This document shows, piece by piece, positions 50,318 to 59,091 of a DNA stretch of 63,290 bases. The DNA comes from Candidatus Velthaea sp. (lineage in GTDB: Bacteria; Vulcanimicrobiota; Vulcanimicrobiia; Vulcanimicrobiales; Vulcanimicrobiaceae), in NCBI GenBank assembly GCA_050012475.1, contig JBEKHC010000014.1, positions 1 through 63,290 of the forward strand. The letters are read 5' to 3'. The first letter of the stretch is position 1. Each line of letters opens with the position of its first letter. The notes beneath the pieces are model-generated. The model saw nothing but the letters and a program-made list of their open reading frames with translations. It was not told the DNA's origin and did no database searches. Position numbers and translations under genes: made by a program.

Positions 50318-50950
50318 CTAGGCGAAACCGAAGCGCGGCGAGCGCCGGTAGGTCACACCGGCGCGGGGCATCTCGAGTTTGGCATCGATGACGGCGTACG
50401 AATCGCGGTGCAAGCGCACCGGATCGAGCGTTAAACGCGCGCTCGCGGTGTTGACGAAAATCGCGCAAACCCGCACCATGACCAGCGCGAGCGCACGCAG
50501 CGCGGCGGGCTCCAAGGCCACCTGGGCTTTGTCGAAAACATTGGCCAGCACGGCCTGCGCCTGATGCAGATCGACCGGCGCGGCGCCGACGACGCGATGC
50601 GCGCCGCTTCTCACTTCGACGATCCGCCCCAGCGCCGCGTCGGCCCGGCATCGGATCCCGATATCGGTCCCGCACTCGACCATGCGTTGGGCGAGAATCT
50701 GGCCGCCGGCAAGCTTTTGGGCTTGCGCTGCAATACGTTCGTAAGCGCGCCGCACCATCTGCGCGCTCGTCAGATCGGTGAGCGCGAGCGATACGTCGGC
50801 ACCGTACGCCGGCGGGACGAGCCGCAGCGCGATCGGCCCGCGCGCCGCAAACGCCACCGCCTGCTTCGCACTCGTAACGTACCGCGAGCGCGCGACGCGA
50901 ATTCCGCGTTCGCGCAACAGGTCCAGAACCGTCAGCGTGTCGACGATCAT
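50318..50950 (-). CDS. Stand-alone degenerate ATP-grasp domain (acetate-CoA ligase beta-like)
   Basis: LLRERGIRVARSRYVTSAKQAV, VRRAYERI, ILAQRMV, LTLDPV...VIDAK parallel the ATP-grasp region of the Pat protein at 6976-9696. Confidence 0.7.
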   Translation of the reverse strand: MIVDTLTVLDLLRERGIRVARSRYVTSAKQAVAFAARGPIALRLVPPAYGADVSLALTDLTSAQMVRRAYERIAAQAQKLAGGQILAQRMVECGTDIGIRCRADAALGRIVEVRSGAHRVVGAAPVDLHQAQAVLANVFDKAQVALEPAALRALALVMVRVCAIFVNTASARLTLDPVRLHRDSYAVIDAKLEMPRAGVTYRRSPRFGFA

Positions 50951-51149
50951 CGGCTTGCCGAATCTTGCTCGAACATGCACCGAACTTGGCGTTGGACGAC
51001 GAAAGTACCGTGAAAGGGGGACCGTTTACGGGGCGAGAGTGATCGCCGTCAATCATCGCTCGCCGCTGTCGCTCTGGGCAGCCGGCTCCAGATCCGGCAT
51101 GATATCGGACACGGTGTGAAGACGCAGCGGGAAGGCCGGGCATGGTTCC

Positions 51150-51170
51150 TTCACGCTCGATCGGTACCGT
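51150..51170 (+). promoter_or_regulatory. TTCAC-N10-TACCGT promoter, probably leaderless
   Basis: TTCAC 51150, TACCGT 51165-51170, ATG 7 nt later at 51178 with no RBS. Confidence 0.55.
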
Positions 51171-51177
51171 TGCGGCC

Positions 51178-52137
51178 ATGAGCGGCGTTTTCACCCGCAT
51201 TCTCGCGGCAATCGACGGATCGGAACCATCGAACGTTGCCGTGACAGTCGCCGCACGTTTGGCCAGCGAGCACGGTGCGCAGCTCGTGCTCTGCCACTGC
51301 GCGAATTGGGAGCCGCTCATCGTGCAGTTACAATCGATCGGCGCGATCGTCGATCCGACGCCGACGATCGGCGCGGTGAAAGAACGCGGCACCCGCGTGC
51401 TGGCCGAGGCCGCCGGACGGGCGCACGAATTCGGCGTCGAGGTGCGATCCGTCGTGCTCCAAGGGGATCCGCCGACGGGCATCAGCGCTTTGGCCCGCGA
51501 GACGCAGAGCGGGCTGATCGTGATGGGAACTCACGATGGGGCCGGCATGCAGCGGCTGCTCGTCGGCAGCACCACGAGCGCCGTGTTGCAGCGAAGCACG
51601 CTTCCAGTTCTCACCGTCCGCCCGGGCATTCGCGTCGCGCCGCCGGTACGGCGCTGTTTCGAGCGCATCCTCGTCGCCACCGACGACTCCGCGCTGTCGG
51701 CCGTGGCCATCGAGACGGCGTTGGCGTTCCCGGCCGAAGACCGCCGCGAGCTGCTGTTCTGCAGCGTCGCGGACGTCGATCGCGTCAGCGCCGAAAGCGA
51801 TCGTGAAGATCCGCTGGCCGGAAGCCGGCTGGCGGCGCAAGCGCAGACGGCCGTCGAGCGAGCGTTGGAGCGGGCACGCGCCCGCGGCATCGCCGCCCAG
51901 GGCCGCGTCCTCGAAGGCAACCCCGGCGCGGAGCTGGTCGCCGCCGCCGAACGCGAGCGCGTCGACCTCATCGTGCTGGGGACGCACGGCCGGCACGGCG
52001 GCGAACGCATCGCCCTGGGCAGCGTCGCGGAGCGGATCATTCGCACCGCGCCGCTTCCGGTCATGATCGTGGGCAGCGGCGTGCGCAGCCGCGACGATGC
52101 GGCCGCGAGCGCGAACCATCAGGCGTCACTGGTCTGA
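51178..52137 (+). CDS. Tandem universal stress protein (2x USP)
   Basis: RILAAIDGS...LIVMGTH...GSTT; second domain RILVATDDS...DLIVLGTHG...LGSVAE. Confidence 0.92.
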   Translation: MSGVFTRILAAIDGSEPSNVAVTVAARLASEHGAQLVLCHCANWEPLIVQLQSIGAIVDPTPTIGAVKERGTRVLAEAAGRAHEFGVEVRSVVLQGDPPTGISALARETQSGLIVMGTHDGAGMQRLLVGSTTSAVLQRSTLPVLTVRPGIRVAPPVRRCFERILVATDDSALSAVAIETALAFPAEDRRELLFCSVADVDRVSAESDREDPLAGSRLAAQAQTAVERALERARARGIAAQGRVLEGNPGAELVAAAERERVDLIVLGTHGRHGGERIALGSVAERIIRTAPLPVMIVGSGVRSRDDAAASANHQASLV

Positions 52138-52329
52138 CGGGAGCTTAATCGCTTCACTCGCTTTGCTCGCTGCGCGTCGCAAGCGGTCGCTGCGTACGAA
52201 CGCGCGTCTTAAACTCCGCTTCATCTTCGAATCGCATCGTAGAGCGGGAGATCGGCGGACGCATCTGCTACATTTGCAGGCATTCGCGCAGTGACGCTTC
52301 GCTCGCAAGGCGAGAACGTGAGGAATTTC

Positions 52330-54765
52330 ATGACGCTTCTGGACGGACGCCGTGCGGCAAGTTCCGACCTCAACGCTTTCGGCAAAGCTCGCTCGACAAT
52401 CGAGGGCTCGCCGCTTTCGGCGGACGAGCTGCGCCTCATCGATCAATACTGGCGCGCCTGCAATTATCTCGCGCTGGGCATGATCTATCTCAAAGACAAC
52501 GCGCTCCTGCGCCGTCCGCTGGAGCCGACCGACATCAAGCCGCGGCTGCTCGGCCACTGGGGCACGAGCCCCGAGCTGGCGTTCATCTACACGCACCTCA
52601 ACCGGATCATCGTGCGGGACGATCTCGACGCGATCTTCATGGCCGGTCCCGGGCACGGCGCGCCGGGCGTGCTGGCGCCGGTGTATCTCGAGGGCACGTA
52701 CTCCGAAATCTATCCCGATAAGAGCTTGGACGAGGCTGGTTTGCAGCGCTTTTTTCGCCAGTTCTCCTTTCCGGGCGGGATCGGCAGTCATTGCACGCCC
52801 GAAACACCGGGCTCGATTCACGAAGGCGGCGAACTCGGCTACGTGCTGTCGCACGCCTGCGGTGCGGCGTTCGACAACCCCGACTTGATCGTCGCCGCGG
52901 TCGTGGGCGACGGCGAGGCGGAGACCGGACCGCTTGCGACATCCTGGCACATCTCGAAGTACTTGAACCCCATTCGCGACGGCGCGGTCCTGCCGATTCT
53001 CAATCTCAACGGCTACAAGATCAACAATCCGACGCTGTTGGCGCGCATCTCGCACGAAGAGCTGGAGAGCCTCTTGACCGGCTACGGCTGGACGCCGTTC
53101 TTCGTCGAGGGTTCCGACGCCGAATCGATGCATCAAGCGATGGCGGCGACGCTCGACGAATGCGCAGCGCGCATCCGTGCCGCGCAAGACGAAGCGCGCA
53201 GTTCAGGCCAGGCAGCGCGGCCGCGCTGGCCGATGATCGTGTTGCGCAGCCCCAAAGGCTGGACCGCGCCCAAGACCATCGACGGCCACAACGTCGAAGG
53301 TTCCTGGCGCGCGCATCAAGTTCCGATCACGGATCCGGCGACGAACACCGCGCACATGCGAATTCTCGAACAATGGCTGCTCAGCTATCGCCCGCACGAA
53401 CTGTGGGATGAGCACGGAACGCCGATCGCCGAGGTCCTCAATCTGCCGCCGCACGGCGCCCGGCGCATGTCGGCCAATCCGATCGCCAACGGCGGCTTGG
53501 TCAAGAAACCGCTGCAAGTGCCGCCGTTCCGCGATTATGCGGTCGCCGTCGATCAGCCCGGACGCGTTCGGCACGAGAACACCCGGCCGCTGGGCGAACT
53601 TTTGCGCGACGTCATGCGGCGGAACATGACGAACTTCCGCGTCTTCGGTCCGGATGAGAACACCTCGAACAAACTCGACGCAATCTATGCGGTAAGCAAG
53701 AAGCTATGGCTGGCCGACTACTTTCCTGAAGACATCGACGGCTGCGAACTCGCGCCGGACGGCCGCGTCATCGAGATGCTGTCCGAGCACACGATGGAAG
53801 GGATGCTCGAAGGCTATCTGCTGTCCGGGCGGCACGGTTTTTTGGCGAGTTACGAATCGTTCATCCATGTCATCGATTCGATGTTCAACCAGCACGCCAA
53901 GTGGCTGGAATCGTCCCATCATCTCTCGTGGCGCAAAGAAGTCGCCTCGCTCAACTTGCTCATCACCTCCACGGTTTGGCGTCAAGATCACAACGGCTTC
54001 ACCCATCAGGATCCCGGTTTTCTGGATCTCGTCGTCAATAAGAGCGCCGAGATCGTGCGCATCTATCTGCCGCCCGACGTCAACTGCTTGCTGTCGGTGG
54101 CCGACCACTGCCTGCGCAGCGAAGATTACGTCAACGTCATCGTGTGCGACAAGCAGAATCACCTCCAGTATCTCGATGCCGACAAAGCAGCGATTCACTG
54201 CGAAAAAGGCATCGGCATCTGGTCTTTTGCGAGCACCGACGAAGGTGTCGAGCCCGACGTCGTCTTGGCCTGTGCCGGCGACATCCCGACGATGGAGTCG
54301 CTCGGAGCCGTCGAACTTCTGCTCGAAGCGTTTCCCGATCTCAAGATCCGGTTCATCAACGTCGTCGACCTGTTCAAACTGCAACCCAGCACCGAACATC
54401 CGCACGGCTTGACCGATCGTGACTTCGACAGCTTGTTCACGCTCGACCGGCCGATCATCTTCAACTTCCACGGCTACCCGTGGCTGATCCACCGGCTGGC
54501 GTACCGGCGCCACAACCACGACAACATGCACGTCCGCGGCTACAAGGAACGCGGCAACATCAATACGCCGCTGGAGTTGGCGATCAACAATGAAATCGAC
54601 CGCTTCACGCTCGCGATCGACGTGATCAATCGCGTGCCGCGTCTGCAGATCGCCGGCGCGCACGCCAAGGAGCGTTTCCGTAACCTGCAATTGACCGCGC
54701 GCAACTATGCCCGAACCAACGGCATCGATGCGCCCGAGTACACGAACTGGACGTGGACGCGCTAA
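52330..54765 (+). CDS. xfp: Xylulose-5-P/fructose-6-P phosphoketolase
   Basis: [44 protein letters not shown] 52330 has a GAGGA RBS (longer GTG starts possible). Confidence 0.96.
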   Translation: MTLLDGRRAASSDLNAFGKARSTIEGSPLSADELRLIDQYWRACNYLALGMIYLKDNALLRRPLEPTDIKPRLLGHWGTSPELAFIYTHLNRIIVRDDLDAIFMAGPGHGAPGVLAPVYLEGTYSEIYPDKSLDEAGLQRFFRQFSFPGGIGSHCTPETPGSIHEGGELGYVLSHACGAAFDNPDLIVAAVVGDGEAETGPLATSWHISKYLNPIRDGAVLPILNLNGYKINNPTLLARISHEELESLLTGYGWTPFFVEGSDAESMHQAMAATLDECAARIRAAQDEARSSGQAARPRWPMIVLRSPKGWTAPKTIDGHNVEGSWRAHQVPITDPATNTAHMRILEQWLLSYRPHELWDEHGTPIAEVLNLPPHGARRMSANPIANGGLVKKPLQVPPFRDYAVAVDQPGRVRHENTRPLGELLRDVMRRNMTNFRVFGPDENTSNKLDAIYAVSKKLWLADYFPEDIDGCELAPDGRVIEMLSEHTMEGMLEGYLLSGRHGFLASYESFIHVIDSMFNQHAKWLESSHHLSWRKEVASLNLLITSTVWRQDHNGFTHQDPGFLDLVVNKSAEIVRIYLPPDVNCLLSVADHCLRSEDYVNVIVCDKQNHLQYLDADKAAIHCEKGIGIWSFASTDEGVEPDVVLACAGDIPTMESLGAVELLLEAFPDLKIRFINVVDLFKLQPSTEHPHGLTDRDFDSLFTLDRPIIFNFHGYPWLIHRLAYRRHNHDNMHVRGYKERGNINTPLELAINNEIDRFTLAIDVINRVPRLQIAGAHAKERFRNLQLTARNYARTNGIDAPEYTNWTWTR

Positions 54766-54866
54766 GGATGTTCTGATTTCGCCCTGGCGAGGAGCAATGC
54801 GGCGAAGTTTGCTTCAGCAAATGAACCGCGCAGCACGACGTCCGGGGCTAAATCAGAGTATCCTCA
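54763..54866. mobile_element. ~105-bp palindromic MITE-like element (inverted copy)
   Basis: TAAGGATGTTCTGATTT...AAATCAGAGTATCCTCA; internal GGCGAAGTTTGCTTCAGCAAATGA is shared with 25760-25864. Confidence 0.8.
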
Positions 54867-55343
54867 AAGACGCGTTATTTCCAGCGCCGGCGCACCTTCG
54901 ATGGCTTCGACGATATCGGTCAGCAGCGCATCCGCGGTCGATTCCGCGATGCTCTTGCCGATCGCGGCGTCGAAGAAGGCGCCGACGGGACCGAACGGCG
55001 CGGTGTAGGTTCCCTCGAGTTCGAGGACGGAGGTCGAGTCGTCCGCGCCGCGATGGAGAAACAGCCAGCCCGTAAAGCGCGGATAGGGGCCGCCGCCGGC
55101 AACTTCCCACTGGATGTGAAAGCCCGTCGCCGGATTCTCGTCGGCGCGAAGCCGCACGAACGTCGCGCGCACTTCGCGTTCGAGCGACAGGTGCGAAGGC
55201 AGCCCGATGTCGGCCAGCCGGACGCGCAACGGCAGCGTGCGCTCGCGCCCGTCATCAGCAAGCCTCGCGTAAAAGGCTTCGACGTAGTGGTTGGAACCGG
55301 GCCAAGCACAGTGCAGAATTCGTTGCGCAGAGATCGCTCGCAT
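54864..55343 (-). CDS. Hypothetical protein, SRPBCC/START-like
   Basis: IQWEVAGGGPYPRFTGWL...LELEGTYTAPFGPVGAFFDAAIGKSIAESTADALL resembles a helix-grip C-terminus. Confidence 0.7.
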   Translation of the reverse strand: MRAISAQRILHCAWPGSNHYVEAFYARLADDGRERTLPLRVRLADIGLPSHLSLEREVRATFVRLRADENPATGFHIQWEVAGGGPYPRFTGWLFLHRGADDSTSVLELEGTYTAPFGPVGAFFDAAIGKSIAESTADALLTDIVEAIEGAPALEITRL

Positions 55344-55350
55344 GAGGAAA

Positions 55351-55393
55351 ATGATAGGAGCTTCCTGTGAAGGTCTCACGAAATCGCTGAGAA
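55351..55393 (-). promoter_or_regulatory. TTCAC-repeat promoter, leaderless
   Basis: Minus strand: TTCTC-N6-TTCGT-N6-TTCAC-N10-TATCAT-N7-ATG (55343). Confidence 0.7.
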
Positions 55394-55489
55394 CCGCCGG
55401 CCCGCCAACCGGCGGACGCGTCACGAACGTGTAACGGCGTGCCGTGGGCGCGGACCCGCGCGTTGGCGGGGCGAATGAGAAGCGCGCCC

Positions 55490-56932
55490 ATGGAAGCCAC
55501 CGATCGCAAGCAGAGCGTCGCTCTGTCCTCAGTGATGGCCAGCGCGGGGCTGACGGTAGCAAAGCTCGCCGTCGGTCTCTTGACGGGCAGCTTAGCGATC
55601 CTTTCGGAGGCTGCGCACTCGCTGCTCGATCTGGGCGCCGCCGCGATCACCTGGATGGCCGTGCGCCAGAGCGACAAACCTGCCGACGCCGATCACCAGT
55701 GGGGCCACGGCAAGATCGAAGCAATCTCGGCGCTGATCGAAACGGCGCTGCTGTTCGTCACGGCCCTGGGCATCGCGCGCGAAGCAGTGTTGCGGCTGGT
55801 TTTCCCCTCGAGCCATCCGGTTGTCGTGACGTGGTACGCGGTCGCGGTCGTCGTCACGGCGATCCTGGTCGACATCACCCGGTCGCGCGCGCTCATGAAG
55901 GTGGCCAAAGAAACGCGCAGTCAAGCGTTAGAAGCCGATGCGCTGCACTTTTCATCGGACATCCTGGCTTCGGCCAGCGTGCTGGTCGGATTGGCCGGCG
56001 TCGCCTTGGGCTACCCACGCGCCGATGCGCTCGCCGCACTGGCCGTGTCGCTGGTCGTCATCAAGGTGGGCTGGCGGCTGGGCTCGCGAACCATCGACGT
56101 GCTCGTCGATGCCGCCCCCGACGGGGTCTCCGAAAGCATTACCGAGATTCTGCAAAACGTACCGGCGATCGCGCGCGTCGAACGGGTTCGCGCGCGGCTG
56201 GCGGGCAGCACCATCGTCGCCGACGCGCTCGTGTGCGTCGCCCCAGGGACGCCGATCGAAAACGCCGCCGCGATCTGTGACGCCGCCCGCGATGCCGTCA
56301 CCGCCAAGCACCCCGAGGTCGACCTCACGATCGGAGCTGATCCTTTACCGCTCGATCAGGGTTCGATCGCCGACACCGTCCGCCACGTCGCCGCGCGCTT
56401 GGGTTACAGCGTCCACGACATCAGCGTCTATCACACCCATGCCGATGCCGACATCACCCACGTCGGGTTCGACGTCGAACTCGACGGAACGACGACGCTG
56501 GCCGACGCGCACGGGCGCGCCGACGAAGTCGAACGGGCGGTGGCCCTGCAACTCGGCGGCGACGTCGTGGTGCGTTCGCACCTCGATCCCAAGCGCGCCG
56601 ATCCGATCGACGCGCGGCTGCTCGGCCCCGACCGGGAACGCGAGCTGATCGAACGCATTCGGCGCGCCGCCGCCGGCGAACCGCTCTGCCGTTCGATGGC
56701 TGAAGCCTCGGTTCAGGGCGGCGAGGACGGCTTCTCGATTTCCGTGTCGTGCACGTTCGACCGCGACCTGTCGCTCAACACCGTGCACGCTGCGACCTGG
56801 TCGATCGAGCAGCGCATCCGCCACGCGGTGCCCGAGGCCGGGCGCGTGATCGTTCATGCGGAGCCCGCAGCGCCGCTGCTCGCCGGATTCTCCGACCGGC
56901 CGGCGGCCGATCCGCCCGCGATCAGCCGTTAA
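55490..56932 (+). CDS. Cation diffusion facilitator (FieF-like) with extended C-terminus
   Basis: SLAILSEAAHSLLD, HQWGHGKIE, ADALHFSSD; repeated cytosolic dimerisation-like domains; start 55475 or 55490. Confidence 0.9.
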   Translation: MEATDRKQSVALSSVMASAGLTVAKLAVGLLTGSLAILSEAAHSLLDLGAAAITWMAVRQSDKPADADHQWGHGKIEAISALIETALLFVTALGIAREAVLRLVFPSSHPVVVTWYAVAVVVTAILVDITRSRALMKVAKETRSQALEADALHFSSDILASASVLVGLAGVALGYPRADALAALAVSLVVIKVGWRLGSRTIDVLVDAAPDGVSESITEILQNVPAIARVERVRARLAGSTIVADALVCVAPGTPIENAAAICDAARDAVTAKHPEVDLTIGADPLPLDQGSIADTVRHVAARLGYSVHDISVYHTHADADITHVGFDVELDGTTTLADAHGRADEVERAVALQLGGDVVVRSHLDPKRADPIDARLLGPDRERELIERIRRAAAGEPLCRSMAEASVQGGEDGFSISVSCTFDRDLSLNTVHAATWSIEQRIRHAVPEAGRVIVHAEPAAPLLAGFSDRPAADPPAISR

Positions 56933-56962
56933 TTGTCTTTTGCGCGTTAATTGTCTTTCGCG
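56927..56962. repeat. 18-bp tandem duplication spanning two convergent stop codons
   Basis: CGTTAATTGTCTTTTGCG / CGTTAATTGTCTTTCGCG. Confidence 0.8.
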
Positions 56963-57168
56963 CGAGTCGCTCCGACGGTGACGCGCGGACCTTTGAATTC
57001 ACGTCCGTCCCCGATGTGGTGCTTGCACAAGTACAGCGGCGGGGTCAACAGACGGCCGCAGAACATGCACGGCAATTTCTGCAGGCTTCGCTCGCGCAGC
57101 GACGTTACATACGCGATGACGAGGCCCAGGGCGATGCAGGCGAATCCGGCAATCATGAGTGGATCCAT
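56947..57168 (-). CDS. 73-aa membrane-anchored putative zinc-binding protein
   Basis: GAGG RBS; N-terminal TM helix; CMFC...CKHH. Confidence 0.6.
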   Translation of the reverse strand: MDPLMIAGFACIALGLVIAYVTSLRERSLQKLPCMFCGRLLTPPLYLCKHHIGDGREFKGPRVTVGATRAKDN

Positions 57169-57358
57169 AGAAGACCTCGCGACGATGAAAATTGTTCGGG
57201 ACCTTCTCATCGTACCCAGCGTCTGTTTCGTCCAGCAGAGCATGACGGCTTGATCCGATGCAACGTTGGTCTCATCCGCAGGCAGGGATCTGTGCGGCCG
57301 GACCCGGATTGCGGCACGCAGGCCGGCGAAGCGATGTGAAGCGCGGGTGCAGACTTGC

Positions 57359-57390
57359 TTCACGCCGCCTTCACGTGAGCCGCCTAGCCT
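57359..57390 (+). promoter_or_regulatory. TTCAC-repeat promoter
   Basis: TTCAC 57359, TTCAC 57370, then 10 nt, then TAGCCT 57385-57390. Confidence 0.65.
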
Positions 57391-57399
57391 GCTCCCTTC

Positions 57400-57666
57400 A
57401 TGCGCAGCGCGATCAGCCGGACAACCGCGTCCTCCAGGAACGATTCGCCGACATCCGATGCGATGATCGGACGGGACGTCGAAATCCGATCGGCTGCGGG
57501 CATTCGTTACCGCGGAATCGTGCGCTCCATTCGCGCCGGCGACGTGCTGGGCGAGCTCTTCGAGTTAGGTTCGACCCGCGTCGCCGACTACCGGCGTTTG
57601 GTCTATGTCAGCGATCGGCGCGCGCAGATCCGCCCGCTCGAACACGACGGCACGGCGCCTTTCTAA
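57400..57666 (+). CDS. Small hypothetical protein, possibly Sm/SH3-like beta-barrel
   Basis: MIGRDVEIRSAAGIRYRGIVRSI; start 57400 or 57463; GC3-rich codons; candidate promoter upstream. Confidence 0.6.
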   Translation: MRSAISRTTASSRNDSPTSDAMIGRDVEIRSAAGIRYRGIVRSIRAGDVLGELFELGSTRVADYRRLVYVSDRRAQIRPLEHDGTAPF

Positions 57667-57696
57667 GCCGAGAGCGGCCTCGGATGGGCGCCCTCG

Positions 57697-57765
57697 GCTC
57701 CGCTCGGTGCTCCCTGTCCGCTCCGCTCGGTGCGCCCCGCCCGCTTCGCTCGGCACGCCCCGCCC
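57697..57765. repeat. 23-bp tandem repeat x3
   Basis: GCTCCGCTCGGTGCTCCCTGTCC / GCTCCGCTCGGTGCGCCCCGCCC / GCTTCGCTCGGCACGCCCCGCCC. Confidence 0.75.
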
Positions 57766-57942
57766 GCGTCGGCCGGTACGCCACGCGCGAACACTGCAGA
57801 TTCGTCGAGCGAATCCCAGACGAATCCATCAAGGCTTTCGGACCTTGCCGCCGCTGGGGCGCGAGTGGGATGATCGGCTCCGGGGCAGGAACGCCGCTCC
57901 GGCCGCGTGATTGAATCTTTCGTGAACGGTGTTGCGCGCATG

Positions 57943-57974
57943 GTCACGCTGCCTTCACAAGCGCGGTTTAGCTT
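57943..57974 (+). promoter_or_regulatory. TTCAC-repeat promoter of the second USP gene
   Basis: GTCAC 57943, TTCAC 57954, then 10 nt, then TAGCTT 57969-57974. Confidence 0.65.
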
Positions 57975-58049
57975 TAAAGACCACATCCACCGCAGTGATC
58001 GGTCCCCTAACGCGTGCCCGTTTCGGACACGAGAATCGGCAGGCCAAGT

Positions 58050-59012
58050 GTGAGCAGCCTTTTCGGACGTATTCTCGTCGCGATCGACGATTCGGAGCCC
58101 GCGAAAACAGCGCTCGCGCTCGGCGCGCGCCTCGCTCGGGAACACGACGGCGAACTCGTCCTGTGCCACGCGCTCAACTGGCTCCCGATCATCGCCGAGA
58201 TCGAGTCTACGGGTGTCATCTTCGACCCGCAGCCGACGATCGAAGGGCTCACGCGGAACGCCCAAGCGATGCTGGACGGGGCGAGCCAGGACGCTTTGCG
58301 CTTCGGCGTCGCCGCAAAACACCACCTCATCGAAGGCGAGCCCGCGAAAGCCATCCTCGCACTGGCGAACAAGCTGCGCTGCGGCACCATCGTGATGGGG
58401 ACGCACGCGCGCGGCGGTTTGGGACGGCTGTTCATCGGCAGCACGACCGAGGCGGTGCTCCGCGGCAGTTCGATCCCGGTGCTGACCGTTCGGCCCGGGA
58501 CGGTCTTGGCGCTCGAGCCGCGCAAGTGCTTCGAGCGGATCGTCGTCGGGGCCGACGAGTCCGAACCGGCGCGCGCGGCGATCGACACGGTCGTCGGACA
58601 CGCGGCGGCCGACGATTGTCACGTGCTCTTCTGCAGCGTCGTCGACTTCGACGCCGTCGTCGGTTCGCACGGCTACTATGACACGTCGCTCCAAGCCTCG
58701 CTCTACGACGATGCGCAGCGCGTGGTCGACCGCGCGGTGACCGAAGCCCGGGCCAACGACGTGGCGGCCGAAGGGCGCATCGCCGAAGGCAACGCCAGCC
58801 GCGCGCTCATCGCGGTCGCCAAGCGCGAAAATGCCGATCTCATCGTCACCGGCAGCCACGGCCGCAACGGCGTCCGCCGGGTGTTCCTGGGCAGTGTCGC
58901 CGAGACCATCGTGCGGATGTCGCCCGTTCCGGTGCTCGTCGTTCGCTGCCCGGCGCGTGTTCCTGCGACGGCCGGGGCAAGAGCAAAACGGCAGACGTCG
59001 GCGGTCCGCTAA
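58050..59012 (+). CDS. Tandem universal stress protein (2x USP), paralogue of 51178-52137
   Basis: RILVAIDDS, IVMGTHARGG...GSTTE, CFERIVV, DLIVTGSHG...LGSVAE. Confidence 0.92.
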   Translation: MSSLFGRILVAIDDSEPAKTALALGARLAREHDGELVLCHALNWLPIIAEIESTGVIFDPQPTIEGLTRNAQAMLDGASQDALRFGVAAKHHLIEGEPAKAILALANKLRCGTIVMGTHARGGLGRLFIGSTTEAVLRGSSIPVLTVRPGTVLALEPRKCFERIVVGADESEPARAAIDTVVGHAAADDCHVLFCSVVDFDAVVGSHGYYDTSLQASLYDDAQRVVDRAVTEARANDVAAEGRIAEGNASRALIAVAKRENADLIVTGSHGRNGVRRVFLGSVAETIVRMSPVPVLVVRCPARVPATAGARAKRQTSAVR

Positions 59013-59091
59013 CTCCCTGCTCGACGCCGGGACGCGCCCGATCGGGGCGGTTTCGCTGGGATCGAACCCCTTGACCGGTCCTTCACAAACC

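Noticed and set aside
52139..52218. Short imperfect inverted repeat between USP and xfp as a mobile element
   Set aside because: The IR is only about 10 bp and imperfect, and there is no second copy in the window.
57697..57765. 23-bp repeats as a CRISPR array or iterons
   Set aside because: Contiguous degenerate units without spacers and no rep gene; simple tandem repeat.
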